This document shows positions 59,358 to 64,000 of a stretch of DNA of 64,000 nt, one piece after another (the first letter of the stretch is position 1; each line of letters starts with the position of its first letter). This DNA is from Squalus acanthias. Its lineage: Eukaryota. The notes below the pieces were generated by a model, which was not told the origin of the DNA, did not search any database, and was given only the letters and a program-made list of their open reading frames with translations. The stretch spans positions 16,740,001-16,804,000 of the forward strand of contig CM059445.1 of the NCBI GenBank assembly GCA_030390025.1. Direction: 5' to 3'. Made by a program: the position numbers and the translations under genes.

Positions 59358-60694
59358 ACAAAATTAGCAGTCACTTGGATAAGTGTGGATTAATTAAGGA
59401 AAGCCAGCTCGGATTTGTTAAAGGCAAATCGTGCTTAACCAACTTGATCGAGTTTTTTGATGAGGTAACAGAGAGGGTTGATGCGGGCAATGTGGTTGAC
59501 GTAGTGTACATGGATTTCCAAAAGGCGTTCGACAAAGTGCCACATAACAGGCTTGCCAGCAAAATTGAAGCCCATGGAATAAAAGGGACAGTGGCAGCAT
59601 GGTTACGAAATTGGCTAAGTGACAGGAAACAGAGAGTAGTGGTGAATGGTTGTTTTTCAGACTGGAGGAAGGTATACAGTGGTGTTCCCCAGGGGTCGGT
59701 TCTAGGACCACTGCTTTTCTTGATATATATTAATGATTTGGATGTGGGTGTACAGAGCACAATTTCAAAATTTGCAGATGACACAAAACTTGGAAGTATA
59801 GTGAACAGTGAAGAGGATAGTGATAGACTTCAAGAGGACATAGACAGACTAGTGGTATGGGCGGATACGTGGCCGATGAAATTTAACGCAGAAAAGTGTA
59901 AAGTGATACATTTTGGTAGAAAGAATGAGGAGAGGGAATATAAACTAAATGGTACAATCCTAAATGGGGTGCATGAACAGAGAGACCTGGGGGTATATGT
60001 GCACAAATCGTTGAGGGTGGCAGGGCAGGTTGAGAAAGCAGTTAAAAAACCTACGGGATCCTGGGCTTCATGAATAGAGGCATAGAGTACAAAAGCGTGG
60101 AAATATGATGAACCTGTATAAACCACTGGTTCGGCCTCAACTGGAGTATTGTGTCCAATTCTGGGCACCGTACTTTAGGAAGGATGCGAAGGCCTTAGAG
60201 AGGGTGCAGAAAAGATTTACGAGAATGATTCCAGGGATGAGGGACTTCAGTTACGTGGATAGACTGGAGAAGCGGTTGTTCTCCTTAGAGCACAGAAGAG
60301 TGAGAGGAGATTTGATAGAGGTGTTCAAAATCATGAGGGGTCTGGACAGAGTAGACAGAGAGAAACTGTTCCCGTTGGCAGAAGGGTCGAGAACCAGAGG
60401 ACACTGACTTAAAGTGATTGGCAGAAGATCCAAAGGCGACATAAGAAAAAACTGTTTTACACAGCGAGTGGTGAGGATCTGGAACGCACTGCCTGAGAGG
60501 GTGGTGGAGGCAGACTCAATCACGGCTTTCAAAAGGGAATTGGATAAGTACCTGAAGGAAAATAATATGCAGGGCTACGGGGAAAGGGCGGGGGAGTGGG
60601 ACTAGCTGAAGAGCTCTTGTCAGAGAGCTGGCACGGACTCAAGGGGCAGAATGGCCTCCTTCCGTGCTGTAACCATTCAATGATTCTATGATTC
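59358..60694 (+). mobile_element. CR1 LINE RT-to-3' fragment inserted into a Deu SINE
   Basis: [30 protein letters not shown]; ATTCTATG-type tail; CAACA on both sides. Confidence 0.9.
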
Positions 60695-63222
60695 AACAGT
60701 GACTACACTTCAAAAAAGTACTTCATTGGCTATAAAGCGCTTTGGGACGTCTGGTGGTCGTGAAAGGCGCTATAGAAATGCAAGTCTTTCTTTTCTTCTC
60801 ATGAATGGGGAGCATCAAGGGCAATGTCTATGCTTTTATATCTTAAGCAGTCATTTCACCATCTCACTGGACTGGAGGGTTCAGATACTTTGCCGCTTGC
60901 GTTCTTTCTGTGCCCAAAGTGTTCTCTCTAACAGGTTCTTTTCTAACTTGTATCGCCATGGCTACAGTGGCAATTCAAAGGTTTTCTAAGTTCCCTCGTC
61001 ACGCCATGCAAGCCAACCCATTCCTCGTCTCTTTGCATCAGGAACCTACAAAGAGATGAGGCTGATCAAAGAGAAAGCTTATCTCCCCAATGCCAGGTGA
61101 GCCAGTTCTGCTATCTCAGTCTGGTGTCACTGGATCCGAAGGCCCCAGTTTTAGTTGGTGATCTCTTTGTGTTTCTTCCGGCCTTTCTTCCTTCAACATC
61201 CCTTTTTAAAAAGGAAAACAGATCCTAGTATTTACTCCCTCTATCCCTCCCCTCTGCTCTCTATGCTGCATACCATTCCCAGTTGTCCTGCCCATGCTGC
61301 TACTGAGCTAGGTGCTGGGAGGAAATCTCTTTTCCTATGGTGAATTGGTGGACCTCTCTCTCGGTGCTACGACCTTACATGCCAAGACTTGGGATTTTTA
61401 AACACCATTTTCTCTCTCAATGGTTGTACCAGGCTACTCAGAAATTTACATATAAAATTCTTCGAGGGCTTGACAGGGTAGATGCTGAGAGATTGCTTCC
61501 CCTGGCTGGAGAGTCTAGAACTAGGGGTCGTAGTCTCAGGATAAGGGGTCGGCCATTTAGACTGAGCTGAGGAGAAATTTCTTCATCCCATTTGGAATGC
61601 TCTACCCCAGATGGCAGTCGATGCTGAATCGTTGAGTATATTCAAGACAGAGATCGTTAGATTCTTGGGCACCAAGGGAATCAAGGGATATGGGGATCGG
61701 GCGAGAAGGTGGAGTTGATGCAGAAGTTCAGCCATGATCTGATTGAATGGCGGAGCAGGCTCGAGGGGCCGTATGGTCCACTCCTGCTCCTAATTCTTGT
61801 GTTATTGTGTACCATACCCCTTGTGATCAGATGATGTGTGTCTTAGTTGGTATAGTCTAATAACGACCCTAGTTATAAGTTACACGTATGCGTGGGTTTG
61901 TGTAGTATTCTCACTACAGCTCCTGCCTGTGTCCCAGAAAATATCAGACTTGAGATCTGACTGGTACAGGCTGAAGCGACTAATCAATATTTATTCACAC
62001 CTAAACAACCTACAGAAGCTGCAATTTTAGGCAAATGCGCTACATCACAATAGCAGAATAAAAGATATAGAAACAGACCACAGGGGGATTCATTTAGCCT
62101 TTTTTAGATTTCAGACTTTCTCTAGGTAAGTATAAACAGTCCAGAAAAATTTCTTCCGGTTATTCTTAATTGTTTGGACTAGAACAGATTCATGGGTTGA
62201 TACAAACGGACCTTCTGCTGCCTGTTGTTAAAAAGAACTTGCGCTCAAGATGGATAGTTCTGGTCGAGGTGTTACATGTAACTGCATGAGCCCTGAGTGT
62301 GCAGCTCTACGCATTTGAGATGGATAAAGAAAGACTTTCATCTCTACAGTGCCTTTCATGACCTCAGGACGTCCCAAAGCGCTTCACAGCTAATGAAGTA
62401 CTTTGGAAGCGTCGTCACCGTTGTAATGTAGGAAACGTGGCCAGCCAATTTGCGCACAGCAAGATCCCACCAACAGCAAAGTGGTAATGACCCGATAATC
62501 TGTTTTTTATTTAGTGATGTTCATAAATATTGGCCCAGGACAACTCGCCTGCTCTTCTTCGAAATAGTGGCCGTGGGATCTTGTACGTCCACCTGAGAGG
62601 GCAGGCGGGGCCTCGGTTTAACGTCTCATCCGAAAGACGGCACCTCCGACAGTGCAGCGCTCCCTCAGTACTTGCACTGGAGTGCCAGCCTAGATTTTGT
62701 GCTCAAGTCTCTGGAGTGGGACTATGAACCCACAACTTTCTGACTCAGAGGTGAGGAGTGCTACCCACTGAGCCACGGACTGATACTACAGGATATCAGT
62801 CACTAGGCCTAAACTAATGAAATCCTCGGGTTTATAGCCTTAATTCTTTTGAAGGCAGGACTGGCAATTAATTGTGATCTGGAGAACATAGATTTTAATA
62901 CTACTGAATCACAATATCGGGAAAATGCAATAAAAAGCCAATGAAAAGGTAAATATGATTTCTGGTGGAGATGTTCAAAATTATGAAGGGTTTTAATAAG
63001 AAAAATATGTTAAAAAAAAACTATTTCTACTGGTTGGTAAATCAGTAACTAGAGGGCATAAATTTTAAGATCACCAAGATAATGAAAGGAGAGATTAGGA
63101 GATTCTTCTTTTTAATGTGGAGACATGGAAGGCCATGCCAGAAACTGTGATAGAAACAGAATGTATCATAGCATTTAAAAGGGGAGGGGACTTACACTTA
63201 AATTTTTTTTAAAGGGTATAGG

Positions 63223-63370
63223 CAATGTTCCCTTTAAGCTGCAGTGCACTGCAGCTCCCACGCAGTCGGCTTTTAAATAGGAAAAACGGTGCATGCGCAG
63301 TATTTTGACTGGGCCACGCAGCCCCTTAAAGGGGCCGCGCACCCAAAAATAAAAATTAAAGGGAACATTG
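63223..63370. mobile_element. 148 bp hAT-type MITE; an older inverted copy at 14814-14962
   Basis: Perfect 15 bp TIR CAATGTTCCCTTTAA; 8 bp TSD GGTATAGG. Confidence 0.85.
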
Positions 63371-64000
63371 GGTATAGGGAGAGGCCAGGGGAATGGTGAT
63401 AAGTGGGTGGCTTTTTCAGAGAGCTGACACAGCTGTGATGGGCCGACTGGCCCCTTTCTTTACTGTGATCCCTATCGCTGTAATCTCCTCCAGCCCCACA
63501 ACCCCCCAGATATCTGCGCTCCTCTAATTCTGCCCTCTTGAGCATCCCCTGATTTTAATCGCTCCAGCATTGGCGGCCGTGCCTTCAGCTGCCTGGGCCC
63601 TGAGCTCTGGAATTCCCTGCCTAAACCTCTCCGCCTCGCTACCTCTCTCTCCTCCTTTAAGACGCTCCTTAAAACCGACCTCTTTTGACCAAGCTTTTGG
63701 TCACCTGCCCTAATTTCTCCTTATGTGGCTCGGTGTCAAATTTTTCGTCTTATAACACTCCTGTGAAGAGCCTTGGGACATTTTACTACGTTAAAGGCGC
63801 TATATAAATACAAGTTGTTGGTGTTGTTGAAGTTCTGCGATTCCGCCCTTTTCCTGGGTACTTGGACAAATCCTCTTCCATATTCCTTGGCTGCTTTCAT
63901 GTGTATTGGGACATCCTTGATTGACACTAAAGTAATATTTATGTCCTGCCAAAAATCCATTAACTAAAGTCCTGTAAAATATTTCTGAATGAGAGGGATG

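Noticed and set aside
45366-64000. A downstream protein-coding gene
   Set aside because: No convincing exon found; the recognisable ORFs map to CR1, L2 or SINE fragments. Small or non-coding exons could have been missed.

Overview
Eukaryotic, intron-rich vertebrate DNA. The repeat content (Deu-domain tRNA SINEs of the SacSINE1 type, dense CR1/L2, Penelope-like elements) points to a cartilaginous fish; this is an inference. The + strand carries the last 19 coding exons (1257-39435) of a clade B fibrillar procollagen, most similar to COL5A3. These comprise 14 phase-0 Gly-X-Y exons of 54, 108 or 36 bp, the helix/telopeptide junction exon and the C-propeptide (COLFI) exons. A probable ~5.9 kb 3'UTR with several miR-29 sites follows. 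The rest is mostly transposon debris. The most unusual signal is a set of Penelope-like element (PLE) insertions carrying minimal hammerhead ribozymes (HHRs) of two families. Many are inverted (fold-back) structures, and four have 13-14 bp target-site duplications (TSDs). One is a near-perfect 1.6 kb palindrome (809 bp arms, 6 nt loop) inside a collagen intron. All calls were made by eye; no database searches were run, and repeat boundaries are approximate unless TSDs or terminal inverted repeats (TIRs) are quoted.
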